DNA from: Ptychomitrium polyphyllum
Lineage: Eukaryota
Assembly (NCBI GenBank): GCA_973851085.1
Contig: OZ316775.1
Location: 11,842,001 to 11,906,000, forward strand
Length of the DNA: 64,000 bases
Direction: 5' to 3'
Part shown: piece by piece, positions 22,201 to 37,454 of the stretch
Layout: every line of letters begins with the position of its first letter
Position numbering within the stretch: the first letter of the stretch is position 1
The notes under the pieces: model-generated
Seen by the model: only the letters and a program-made list of their open reading frames with translations
Database searches by the model: none
What the model was told of the DNA's origin: nothing
Program-made: the position numbers and the translations under genes

Positions 22201-25200
22201 TAGTTCGATCATTAAATCAATATCATCATATCGTGCACAGAAAATAATTACCTACAAACAATGTCATAACTACACGCCAAGTATTGATATGGAGTATGCC
22301 TCCTCTACACATCAATAGTTAAATCCCGGTTGATTCCAGAATTTAAAATAACTCCAATATATATCATCCAATATGAATGTCTGCACAAAAAATAAACAGT
22401 AAAAATAATCACAAAATCTGCATTTATAAGCGACACAAGGGCGATCCAGATTTACCTCGGCTCTGCTTCTGTTCATCTCTCATGATATAGACATCGTCAA
22501 CTCGACCATAAGGCAGAAAAAGCTGCAACCACAAATATATATATGCATCTACTAAGATCATGTGACGATTGTAACTGAGCATATCTTACAGTGGAACACC
22601 AATCATCAAAGTGAAGACTTTGTAGAACGAAGACAAGACGTCAAGACTGCACTAAACGGCCAAATTGAAAATGCATCTACCTATATGCGAAAATAAAGAT
22701 CTCTACTGTTTTCTGTCAAATGCATGAGAACCCTTTGGTAACATAAATGCTTATCAACAAAAAAAACAAAAGCAAAGCATTAATTCAACTATGATCTCAC
22801 CTCTTCTATTTCCTTCTCAGAAGCTTGCTTGTTAAGTGAACCAACAAATAATTTATGCTCCACAGCCCCTACACCAGTGTATCATTTGAAAAATAGATTA
22901 CTAAACGGACCGCAACAAAAGAGTGGAAAGAGATTCAACACAAAAACTCAAAGCGTATTAATCAGATCTTGACTGAAAACATAGGTTAAGAGAATGATCA
23001 ATAATCACCAGAAGATGCACGTCAGATCAGGGCACTAGCAATCACAAGGAATAACTAAACTCTACCAAGGATGCCTAATGCTATATAAAATTCTCAAAAT
23101 CATGTATACGGAAGACCAACGAGACCATCAGATCCACATATAAGAGAAACGGAGTCAGATACTGAAAAATGCACACAAATGGTGCTATTGAAGATAGGCG
23201 ATATAAAATCCATACCAAGTCGCTCACGCTCTCCATCAGCATAACGCACTTGAACTGGCGCAACTCCCTGGCAAGAGACATAAAATTAATACCCAAAAGG
23301 TTTATTTCTCTATCACATTACAGCAAACCTCAAGATACACGTCCAGGTTTCAAATTATGCTGATAAAGTGAGGAGCTGAGAGCTAAGCAACTTGTAGAAC
23401 AATGTTCATGGTAGAGGTTAATGAACGCAACCAAACCCTTTTGCATAATCAAGATGAAACTCATGAACCACAAATTATTAGTAACCAGGAGGATCATACC
23501 CCTGGCAGCGTTTTTTGATTATGAAGAGCCCTGATTGCTCTCTCCGCCTCGTCAACAGTAGAGTACTTAATGAAGCAACATCCTGCAACACTCCAAAATT
23601 ACAGCAAGTTAAGACGCCAAGTTACTCATAGCATACGGAATTCATCGCAACCCAGCTACAAAGACGGATGCCGGGATCAGTATCATACAGAAGTACCAAT
23701 AGCAGGAGCTACATGCAAGAACATGTTTTATCTCTGCATCCAAATCCCTCCCTGCTTCTAATGACTCATGCCAAAAATATGCATTGTGCTAAGAACCTGA
23801 GAGAATCAACAACATATACCTTCTAACACATTACACGCAATGATTCACACGATATCAAATACAGTCCATAAACCGTAAACAGGTTTACAGCTCAAAGTTG
23901 CAAATGCTAAATCAAGATCGAATCGCATAAAAATACTACCATTGGAGAAGATAGCAATCTAATCACCATCCACTACATAAGCATCCATCATCCAAACTGG
24001 TATGCATGTCCCAGTTAGTCGATCGCATTCAAGGTTTTGAAATGCTAAAGAACATTACTGAGCCAACTGGACAATAGCGGACTTTGTTCAAGAGCGATTC
24101 GTCCAAGCCATCTACACAACCATTCTCTGACCATATACAACCAGTGACTATCCACAGACATTCATAAGCCCGTACACAACCAAGGCCAATGGCATTCACA
24201 GCATTGCTATCATAAAAACAACTACACCTTCACCATCTAAGCGAGCTAGCTTTAACACACAAGACAAGGCATTCATGAACTCATGATTGCAACATCGTTC
24301 ATGGTTAGCAGCTTTGGCGTAAAATGAACAATGTGGTACAAAATCACACTCATACAAGAGCATTCCACTTGCCAAGAAACGATGTGTGGGATGGCACACA
24401 TATTGGTGTCACAAGACACATATACGCAATACTCACTCACAGGAGCTTTTCTGGCCCGGCCTGTATGATGAGGCGCGCCACCTGGCACCTTTCATAAGTC
24501 TGACCCAGGGCCACGTCTGCTCAGTGACATTCTGCATATAATGTCTTGTTCGTGTGGAGTGAATCCTCTACCGACTGAAAAGCTAAAGTCTAGGCAGAAG
24601 CAATCGCTGTGAGGGCCTCACGTAGCAGTGATCTGTGGACAAATATATTGAGGGAGAATAGAACCCTCAATTAGAATGACTGATTAGTAGCACCGCTAGA
24701 ACAATTGCGCTCCATAATCATCATAGCACATTCAGGGATGTTCCAACAAGCATCACATGTATGCTATTTACGGTAAACATAAGCAACAACCCTACAAGGA
24801 ACTATACTCAATGGTTAACACTCAATACCAAAGCACTACTGATAAGGACCACTGACGATAATATCCACACATATGCATGAACACTTAGAGAACAAAAACG
24901 TGTACATGACAAACAAGCAAACAAAGCAAAAACCCAAGAAACATTCTTCAAATATTTATTGGACCAACCACAGCAAGACATACAAACCTCTACATTCATG
25001 TGAAAATGACTGGAGACAGTGGAAAATTTCATCCACAATTGATGAACCAATATTATGAAGAATAATTTTTCTTCAGTTAGAGAGGAACCTAAAACATTGT
25101 GAGTCTTATATTCGAATAGAACCTGGTTATTTCTACCCTTGATTCCTTGATCCCTACAACTTCTAGAATCAACAACTCTTCTTTCAACGACCCCCACTTG

Positions 25201-27072
25201 TCGAAGACTAACAATACCTAACACAAAATTGCAAAGATAACAAAGAGCAAGGCGAAGAAACACGGTGCACATCCTTACCATGAGTGCACCGATAATAAGA
25301 TACTCGGAGATAAACTGTAAGATTTTACACTGCAAACAAGTATTAAACCATGAACATAAAATGACGGCACAACAAGCACCTTGTTGATTTCCTGTTCTTT
25401 TGTCCTTGATAATGGCTACTTCAAGAACGTTTCCATGCTCGGCAAACATTGGTCGCACCTGTGACGTAGATGTATCAGCATCCAGCCATGAAAGGAAACC
25501 AAAGGAATCAAAATCAGCAAACAAATTGCCAACTTCACAAAAGACAATAAGCAAATCGTCTGGTGCAACAAGAGTCTGTAACTAACCTCATCTTCTGTAA
25601 TTGTCCGGGGCACAGATCCAACAAAGAGTTTGACAAAAGCACCGTCACCTGTATCGGCCAAAAGGTAATTACATTAAACATTTGTACCAAAGTCTCCACA
25701 TAACATTTTCTCAGACTTCATTAAAATCACGTTTACTAATCAGAGTACATACACAAAGCGACGAAAGCGCAGACACAACAGAAACGAGAAGTACTGCATT
25801 CGCGTGAAACTCCTAGTCGTTAAAGAACACAGGCAGTTTTGTTATGGTAAGCTTAAAATGTTCGTAAGCAAGGATTGTCAAACAAGAATACCACGAAAAA
25901 TGTGATGGAAGTGCGGTACTATCTACGACTTCTAAGCTCAACCTATTAAAATACTAAGAATCTATGCTCCTCGGTGGCTGACTACCTGAGCTCATAAGAA
26001 TAATACTAAGATGCTTATTAGGGTTTCAAGTGAACAAGGATTGCCAAAGCAACTCCTTCAGATCACATGATCTAAAACTAAAGCTAATGCCATAACAAAC
26101 TGTTCTTCTAGTAAACAACCCAAATGGAAAACGAGACTACCAAACCACACCGATACCTATCATCTTTCCACTATTTCCAAAAGATAATTTCATGTTTCTA
26201 GCACTAGGAATGAATAGGTTAAAACTTCCGCAACCACGACCTAAGTGACTGCAAAATTTCTCAAAAATCTAAGCTCAGAAAGGCTACCGCAGTGTAGTTC
26301 AACAAGAGAGGGAATTTTTTATCAAAAACATACTCAACTACGTATCTTTCAGCCGGTCCTCAAAAAAGGGGGGGGGGGGGGGGGCTAGGGGATCTCATCT
26401 TGTAAATAATCACAACATGTAGATACTTCTAGAGACTGCTCATAGACCGACACAAAATTAGGGCAACCACCTAATAATCGGGGTCCAACCACCTAAGAAT
26501 CGGGGTCCACGTTAGATGCATCAGCACATCGGTCACAAGCATTCAAAAAGCAAGTCCTAGATTCTAAGCATCACATAGCGACATTATTACCGCCAACAAT
26601 ACCACGCTCTGAACACAAACCTAAACCAATAGCCCGAGATTGCACAATCTAATCCAGAAGAAGCTAAGAGAACTTTCCTCCGTGGACATCGTTAGGAGGA
26701 AAACGCATCAAAAGCATGCTACACACGAAGTGACAGATCATAAAGTAATGGAAAAGACGCACCATGGCCGCCGTGAACAGGAGCGCCAGAACTGTCTCTC
26801 TTTTGACCAGACAAGGGCGCGCTGTGGTTGAAGTTGTTGCCCGGCATTGAATGGAGGCCTCCAGCGCCCGCAGCTCCATAGCCGTCCTGCAGAGGAGCAG
26901 GAGCGGCCGGCATCTGAGCCTGCGGCGCAACTTGACTCGCCTGCTGCGGCGGCAGCTGATGCTGTTGTCCCGGCTGAGCCTGATACACCTGCTGCTGCTG
27001 CTGAGGCAACGTAGCTTGCATTCCAACGGGATACGGAAGAGGCGTGACCACCGTCGCAGGAGCCGCTTGCAT
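16253..27072 (-). CDS. FCA: FCA-like RNA-binding protein: RRM1-RRM2-Gln-rich-WW plus an extra C-terminal CELF-type RRM (>20 exons)
   Basis: GQKR motif. RRM1: KLFVGSVPRTITEDE|VRPMFAEHGNVLEVAIIKDKRTGNQQG|CCFIKY...ALHNQKTLPG|GVAPVQVRYADGERERLG. RRM2: HKLFVGSLNKQASEKEIEE...GCDQPLAVRFADPKRPK. WW: WSEHTSPEGYKYYYNSTSGESK|WEKPEE. The exons I traced join in frame at GT-AG sites. Confidence 0.9.
26464..26508. repeat. ~22-bp tandem duplication in FCA intron 1 (caaccacctaa(t/g)aatcggggtc x2)
   Basis: Directly visible. A ~17-nt G run lies nearby at ~26368-26384. Confidence 0.7.
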
Positions 27073-27324
27073 GGCAATCCCTCCGCTTCGAAACCTGCTG
27101 AGAACTCTAAGGCTGCGGCTCGTCCCAAGCGGCAACAGCAATAGGAAAGGGCGCTCAGGGACGACCAAGGGTTACAACTTCTCTCTCTCCACTGTGAGTT
27201 CACAAACAAACCTTGCGCAGCGTGCGATGAGCTCTGTGTCTGGCTGGCAATGACGGTGTGTTGGTCGTCCTGTCTCGCGCGAAGTTCATCTCCCACACCG
27301 TCTTCCCCCCCGCGGCTCAGTCTT

Positions 27325-27922
27325 CGTCCCCAGCATTTTCCATCTCGCTCCTAAGCTTTTTCCTTTTACTTTCGAACGGCTGCGATTCTCCCATCGCACG
27401 TCGTCGACGCGCCTTTCCTCTCTCCGCGGCGTTTCCTTCCTTTCTATTTTCTGTGGGTGAGATCTTTCCATCCAAGAGGTTCTGCTTTTCCTTTTACTTT
27501 CGAATTTTACCATTCAATCCATTCCCCTGTGTGATGTAGCTCCTTCTAGACTCTCGCGCTAGCTTTGTCTCACACCGTCCAGGGTAACAACACCCAAAAC
27601 CGGGGTTTTACTGTAGAACGACCAATTATCTTCGAAAATTATAGACTTGAGGGTTTACTATATCCAGAAGTTAGATATCACAGGTCTAATAGGCACTGAC
27701 GGTTTTGGATACGCTGCTTCGTCAATTCTCCCAGCCTTATTTCCATCTCGCTACTTTTCTTTTCGCTTTCCCTTATCGTCAGCTGTAATTCTCTCATCGG
27801 ATTCCTCGTTTTGTCTTTCCTTTTCTTCACACGGGTTTCTTTCTATTTTCGACGGGTAAGAACTTTCCATCGATGAGAGATTCTGTTAATTCTTTTAGTT
27901 TCGAACCATACCATACAATCCA
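27325..27922. repeat. Degenerate direct duplication (two ~200-bp copies, ~400-bp spacing) upstream of FCA
   Basis: cccagc..tttccatctcgct...tttctattttc..gggt.aga.ctttccatc...ttctg...cttttа-like...tttcgaa...taccat.caatccat occurs at ~27325-27522 and again at ~27725-27922. Confidence 0.65.
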
Positions 27923-30054
27923 TGAGAACGAAGAAGCATAACATTCCTTCTTAAACCCGGTTTCTCCTGTCTCTTGTGAGAGGGGAAGCAAAAATTTCAC
28001 CCCAAGACTTATTTAGATATTTTAAACAAAGCACAATTCACATGAAATTGAAAATATTAAAATGACCAATATATAAAAACTCTTTTTTGAAGACAAATTT
28101 TTGAAATGCCATCTTTAACTTCCAAAATGGTTGATTTGATAAGATCTTTTTACAATAATTGTTGTCATATAGGCGGTTGACTCTTCTCATCTCATCTGTC
28201 TTTAAAAAATTTCCATATGCAATATTAAAAGTGTAAGGCATCCCCTCACCTCAAAGGAAGAAAAATTAATTGAAACTTCAAAGATTTATTTAGAATAAGT
28301 AATTATAATGACGTTATTTATAAAAAACAATTTTCTTTAATGAAGGTAATGAAGGTGCTTTCTCTTTAAGAACCATTATGCAAAAATTATTTATTATGCA
28401 TTAAAAGTAAGAAAGTTTTTTTTTCTTCTTTTTTGACAATATGTATATCAACTTTTGGTGCATTTGTTCTTTATATAAATTAGAATTAATTAAAACAACT
28501 TGGAAAAGAGATTTATTTTAAGTAAGTAATTTTTAATAATGATTGAGATTACAATAAAGCATATTAATAAAATTAGATAACACTACAAAATGAGTAATAC
28601 ATATAGATCAAAGATTTCTTAATTCTTTAATTTGCATCATCATTAAAGAAAACTTTGATGATTTAGATTAGTCAATAAGTTTTTATTGAATAATTTAATT
28701 AAATATTACATTAAAAGAGAACTTCTTAAACATATTATAATTACATTTATTAAGTTTAAAACCAAAACGTATATAAATAAAGAACTTTTTGATTCAAAAA
28801 GTATATTAGATTAAAATTCCAAATTTCATAGTCATTAGTATTTTTTAAAATTTAAAATTTTAGATCATTTTATATGTTTTAATATGCATTAATGCTATAT
28901 AATTTGAAACTCAGTATGATTTGAGCAACCAAATCATTAAATTTAATTCATGCCTTCATACAATCATATTACATATTATCAAGTGATTTTACATATAATT
29001 TTTATATTCCAAGATAAGAATGATATTGCTCCAAGCACATCAAATATTATAAATACATTGATTAAAAAAACAACTAACATAATTAATTGATTTACATAAA
29101 TGCACATGTTAAATCCAAAATTAATTAATATAAAATAAATTGATCATTTTTATATTAAATTACTATTAAATCAAACTTCACACAGAAAAGTCTTTCAAAA
29201 ATACATCAATTGGGCCATGCATAAATATACACAGAGCATAAATAGCATCATATAATAGCTCAAAATATAAAGACTAAATCGTAAGAAGCAAAACTACTCT
29301 TAGTAATGAAATATAACCATAATTTTGTTGATAATAATTTTGTCCAATCATTAAAAAAAGTTAGCTAAATATGTAAATTCTTCATTTGCTACATAATCAC
29401 CGTTGTCCATTTTTTTCATCTTATGTAAAAAATTAATAATAAAATATAGCAAACACATGTAACAACAAGCTAAGTAAGAAAGAAATAAAAAACAATGAAT
29501 TGCACTCATGCATGGTAATAAGCTTCAATTGAACTTTTTAATACCAATGAAGTTTGCTTTTATGATGAAATTACAGTTTGGCTAGTGGAGTCTGACAAAT
29601 GCCATGAAAAATGTTATGTGAGCATGCAGAAGCTTATCACATACCATAAGCTCATCAGCCATGACATGCCCATTGAATTGACATGGCATGGCAGCTGAAA
29701 GCGACCGAAACGGGTTCCACGACCACACAGCCCGAGGGCCAACCAGTGGGAGGAAGCGGGGCCTCCGCACTGTACACTGTACACCACGGCAACAGTGCGC
29801 GGATTTACCGGTGCAGGTACAAGTGCAGGTACAGGGTTTTGGCGGTGGACATGCTCGTCATACCGGGGGAAGCTCGTTACTACAAAGTCTGTGTAGGGTG
29901 CGCATTCGCGTGCTGCAATCTCTGCGTCGTTGTTGGGGCGTTGCAACGATTTGCGTCGCAGTTGTCGATTTGCTTGAAGCCGCACATGTATCAATTGTTA
30001 TAAGGCTCTCAGGAGACCCATTTGGAGGATTCACGCTTAGTTGTCGTGTCCAGG

Positions 30055-33309
<3,255 letters not shown>

Positions 33310-35381
33310 GCTTGTAACCGCTCCTTTTTGTAGTTGGATTTTGAAACTTTTAGATGGACTGTAGTCGATCTCACACTGATGGAGGATAAGAAGCTGAAGG
33401 AGCTAGTTAGACGAGATCATTTTCGAATTTCTTTCTGCCTACTGTCTTCCGCTGTGCAAGTCTTTAGTTGAAAGTTGAAGTTGAAACGGTAGTCAAGTTG
33501 GAGAAGATACGGAGCCATGTGAGCATATGCTCAATACGCAAGGGAAATCGAAAAGAGAGAAGATCCAAGGTGGACAATCGAAATTCCAAGTGGGATTCGT
33601 CAGATGTTTGCCTTTCTTATGGGTGCCAAGTTTTGGTGATGGGCAACGAGGAATCTTTTCTTCTTAGTTTTCTTGATCATAACACTCTACCCCTGAATAT
33701 ATATCAAGGAAACATTCACTAAACTCACCAATGAGACTTTCCAAATACAGGTCTAATATCAGAGTGTTAAGAATGGAAGGATGTTCCTGAATCCACACGA
33801 CTTGGAGTTTTGCATGATTGCTGAGTCATTCACTTCTTTTTGCAAATATTCAGAGCCCGCCTCGTGTACTCCTCTCCGCCATCCACTTGGCCGCATCGAT
33901 ACTTTGGTTTATGCCAGGGCACTGTCTTGCAAGTGCTTAGGGAAAGCCTTGTCCCGGTTCAAGGGAACTTCTACCTTCTTTCATTTCCTACTCTAGGGAG
34001 AGTGATATTCTTTAGCACCTCAGGGCAAGTGTTAGCAAAATCCTTTTAGATTTATGTACGTTGTGAAAAAAAATACCTTAAGATTCTGTCCGCACTTATA
34101 ATACTTGAAATTATAAATACAATTACATTGAAGATGTGATGGCCATCTTACTTGTTTTTCCATTGTAAACACATATAGATTTTTGTAATCAATTAAATGC
34201 TTATTGCCAAAAAAAACTCAATATTCTATTTAAATCTTTAATTAGCCAAAAGATACAACATCAAGGTTCTATAATTAGCAATTATATTGCCCATTGCATT
34301 AAAAAGTAACAATATAAGATAATTCTTTTGTGCTATTCCTACAATATGCTTTGTATAAGATGCTTATATATAAACATATTTGTTCATTTGGATTTGTATT
34401 TACAAAATTGCTTTTTTTCATAATCCTACTCCAAATTAAGGTTATAGATATGAATTTGTAATATGAAAGGCACGAAGATGGATCGATTGTAGGTAGGCTA
34501 AGGTAGAATATAGAAGAAACTCAAAGTACAAAAAAAACAAAGAAATATGAATTATATAAATTAACAAATTCAAAAACAATGAAAACCAACAAATATAAAT
34601 AATTGCCCTCCTCAATTCATACACATCGCATGTCACATCAGTAATACTACTTCAAACTCCCCCTAACACCTGCTAAACTCAACAAACAATAAACCCCAAA
34701 CAAACATGATGTCAAATCACAAATGTAAGAATCGCACAATATTGTAAACAACCGCTTAAACTACCCCTAAATCAACAATAGCAAAGGACAACTAACAACG
34801 CCGGGCAACAACGTGGAATGTTCCGAAATCCGTACAACACACGTGGCATTGCTTTTCTCCCCGAGAGAGGAAAGAAGATCGCATCAGGACCTTTGTCAGA
34901 TCCTCTTTCCTAAAAAGCAGTGCCCTCAATCGACCGCGCTAGAATACACTCACAGTGAAGGATTTGGGAGAAGAGAGGGAGGGAAGCAAGAGCGAGACTT
35001 TTGCGATGACTTGGCTCAGCACACGTGGCCCAATCGGCGGCCTTACGCCAAGCAATAGATTCGGCTTTCCATCGAACGTAACGAAACCGTTTGCGTCCAT
35101 CGAAGGCGGAGTGCAGCGCCACAATCGCACTCGGAGGTCAGCGTTGCACACAATTCTCACACAGAGCCCGTTCGCTCCGTCTGGTCACACTCGCACACGC
35201 ACACACACACACGCTCACATGCACACTCAAACTCGCCGCCGCTTGATTCCTGCTGCGGCGCCTGGATCCAGAATTCTTGTCACAAACAACGGTCCACGAA
35301 TCCCTCACCAAATTACTCACGCAGTCAAGCACATACGTTTGGAAAGATTCGGCCTTTGGGCCAGGAATTCTCGCAGTCGCC

Positions 35382-35752
35382 ATGGAGGAACCGCCAGGCG
35401 ATGCGTATGTCTGCCGCAACGGGGCGGCCCCTCACTGTGATGACGGCAGGGCCAAGCGTGCGGCAGCGGACGGCACTGCTGTGTACGCTTCGCAGGTAAG
35501 GGAAGGGCAGTTCTGAGATCAGGTTTGGGGTTCTGAGAGTTGTGTACGGCGTGGGGAGGAGGGATGGGGTGTCTGTGAGGGAGGGCATGTTGGAGTTGAG
35601 TGGAGAGGAATGTTTTGTTTACTGAGCCAAGGATGGTGACGGAGGTGCAGGTGATTTTTTTAGGGTTAGGATCTTTGACGATCTCTGTTTTGTGAATAAG
35701 CCCTGATGGGATTTGTAAGTACTGGAGGGTTTAGGTTGGGAGAAGGAGGGAG

Positions 35753-35796
<44 letters not shown>

Positions 35797-37454
35797 TGTT
35801 TACTGGGGTTGTTGTGTGCAGGGTGATAAGTTGCATCTGCATCGGCCGTTGACGCTCTGTCGGAGGTTACGGGGTTGTGCGTGTCTAGCGGGCTTAGTGC
35901 TGACTTCGTTCGTGGCGCTTGTCTTTCTGTCACCGTTCGTGTTTTTCCTCCCGAGGTTTTTCAGTGTGCATTACTGCCGGCTTTGGACGTCGTTCTTCAT
36001 CGGGAACTGGCTATCTCTGTGGCCGTATTTTTTTGAGGAGATCAACGAAACCAAGGTATCATCAGTGAAAGCTCCTCTTTTGAAATTTTATTTTTTTCTT
36101 TACTTATTTAATCATAAGTATTCTTACACCAGTACCTCGCTTCGTACTTCGATAATTTAATGCGGAATTAGTGCAGAAGAGGTGAACTGCAGCACTTGTT
36201 TGGTTTTAACTTAGATGTTTCATTTTACAGAATTATGGTTGTTGTGAAGGTGATTTTTGCAGGTGAAAAAGTACCTAGGGAGGATCGTGTGATGATAACG
36301 TGCAATCACCGTACGGAGGTTGACTGGATGTACATTTGGAACTTGGCCATCCGGAGAGGCAAAATCGGTTACTGCAAGTATGCGGTGAAGAGTTCAGTCA
36401 AGAACTTACCCCTGTTTGGTTGGGCATTTTACGTTTTCGAGTTTCTAATGCTGCACAGACGGTGGGAAATGGATGCTCCTGTCATCAAGACGTATCTTGA
36501 TAGTTTCCAAGATAAAAGAGACCCCCTCTGGCTTATTGTATTTCCTGAAGGCACAGATTTCACGTAAGTTTAATTTACCTAAGGCTATCTTTTTTCCCTG
36601 TATTCTGTTTCCTGTATTTCTGTTCGACGTGTTCAGGACGTTTGTACAAGCTCTTAAGTTTCCTCTGGACTGTTTGTTCGTTTTCTTTCTCTGTTATTTC
36701 CTTCTGCAGAGGAAGATTATGTGCTTGATTTCGACAGTACTAACTTCCGGCAAATCTCTGAATAACAATGCATGATCGTTGTGTCAGTGAAGATAAAAGA
36801 GATAAGGGAAACGCATTTGCCAGGGAAAACGGCTACCCGGAGCTCGTCAATGTTCTACAACCTCGTACTCGTGGCTTTGTGACTTGCCTCTCTCAGCTGC
36901 GTGGCTCCCTCGATGCAGGTATATCCAATAGAAATTCGAACTATGAGTGCACCTTCTCTATACAATTCACATAATTATTCATACTCATTGGTACTTATCA
37001 AATCATTTTCGTGTGTGCAGTCTATGACCTCACCATAGGGTACACGAAACGATGTCCGTTGTTCATCAACAATTTATATGGGACGGATCCATCAGAAGTG
37101 CATATTCACGTTCGTCGAATACCAATTTCTGAGATTCCAGAGTCAGAAGACGAAATGTCAAAATGGTTGTACGACTTGTTTCTTCGAAAGGATCAAATGT
37201 TAGCCACATTCAGTAAGACAGGTTCTTTTCCTAATAGTGGAATTGCAGAGAGCCCTTTGGACATCCCAAAGGGAGTTTTAAATTTCACACTGCATATAGT
37301 CTTCAGTCTCTGGTTATACTGGTGGTTGTACAATTCCATGTGGTTGAAGCTGTTTGTGGCTCTCTCTTGCTCGGTACTTGCACTTAGTACTTACTTTGAT
37401 TGGCGACCTACACCATTTTACTCCAGTTTCCGTACCAAAAGAAAAATGCTGTAA
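35382..37454 (+). CDS. LPAT4/5: 1-acyl-sn-glycerol-3-phosphate acyltransferase, LPAT4/5 class (5 exons)
   Basis: NHRTEVDWMYIW (HX4D), KNLPLFGWAF..FEF, WLIVFPEGTDF, VLQPRTRGF, AVYDLTIGY, GTDPSEVHIH, C-terminal TM helices. Confidence 0.92.
35755..35795. repeat. (GT)~20 microsatellite in LPAT intron 1, ~26 nt upstream of the acceptor
   Basis: Directly visible. Confidence 0.95.

Noticed and set aside
24449..24514. Box C/D-like ATGATGA...CTGA with terminal stem on the + strand
   Set aside because: Only ~28 nt between boxes, antisense to the host FCA transcript, and no evident rRNA guide; too short for a snoRNA call.
28000..29600. Very AT-rich intergenic block
   Set aside because: No terminal repeats, TSD or coding relic that I could identify.
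35619..35933. HTHTHT- and CVCVCV-containing ORFs
   Set aside because: Translation artefacts of the intronic (GT)n microsatellite.
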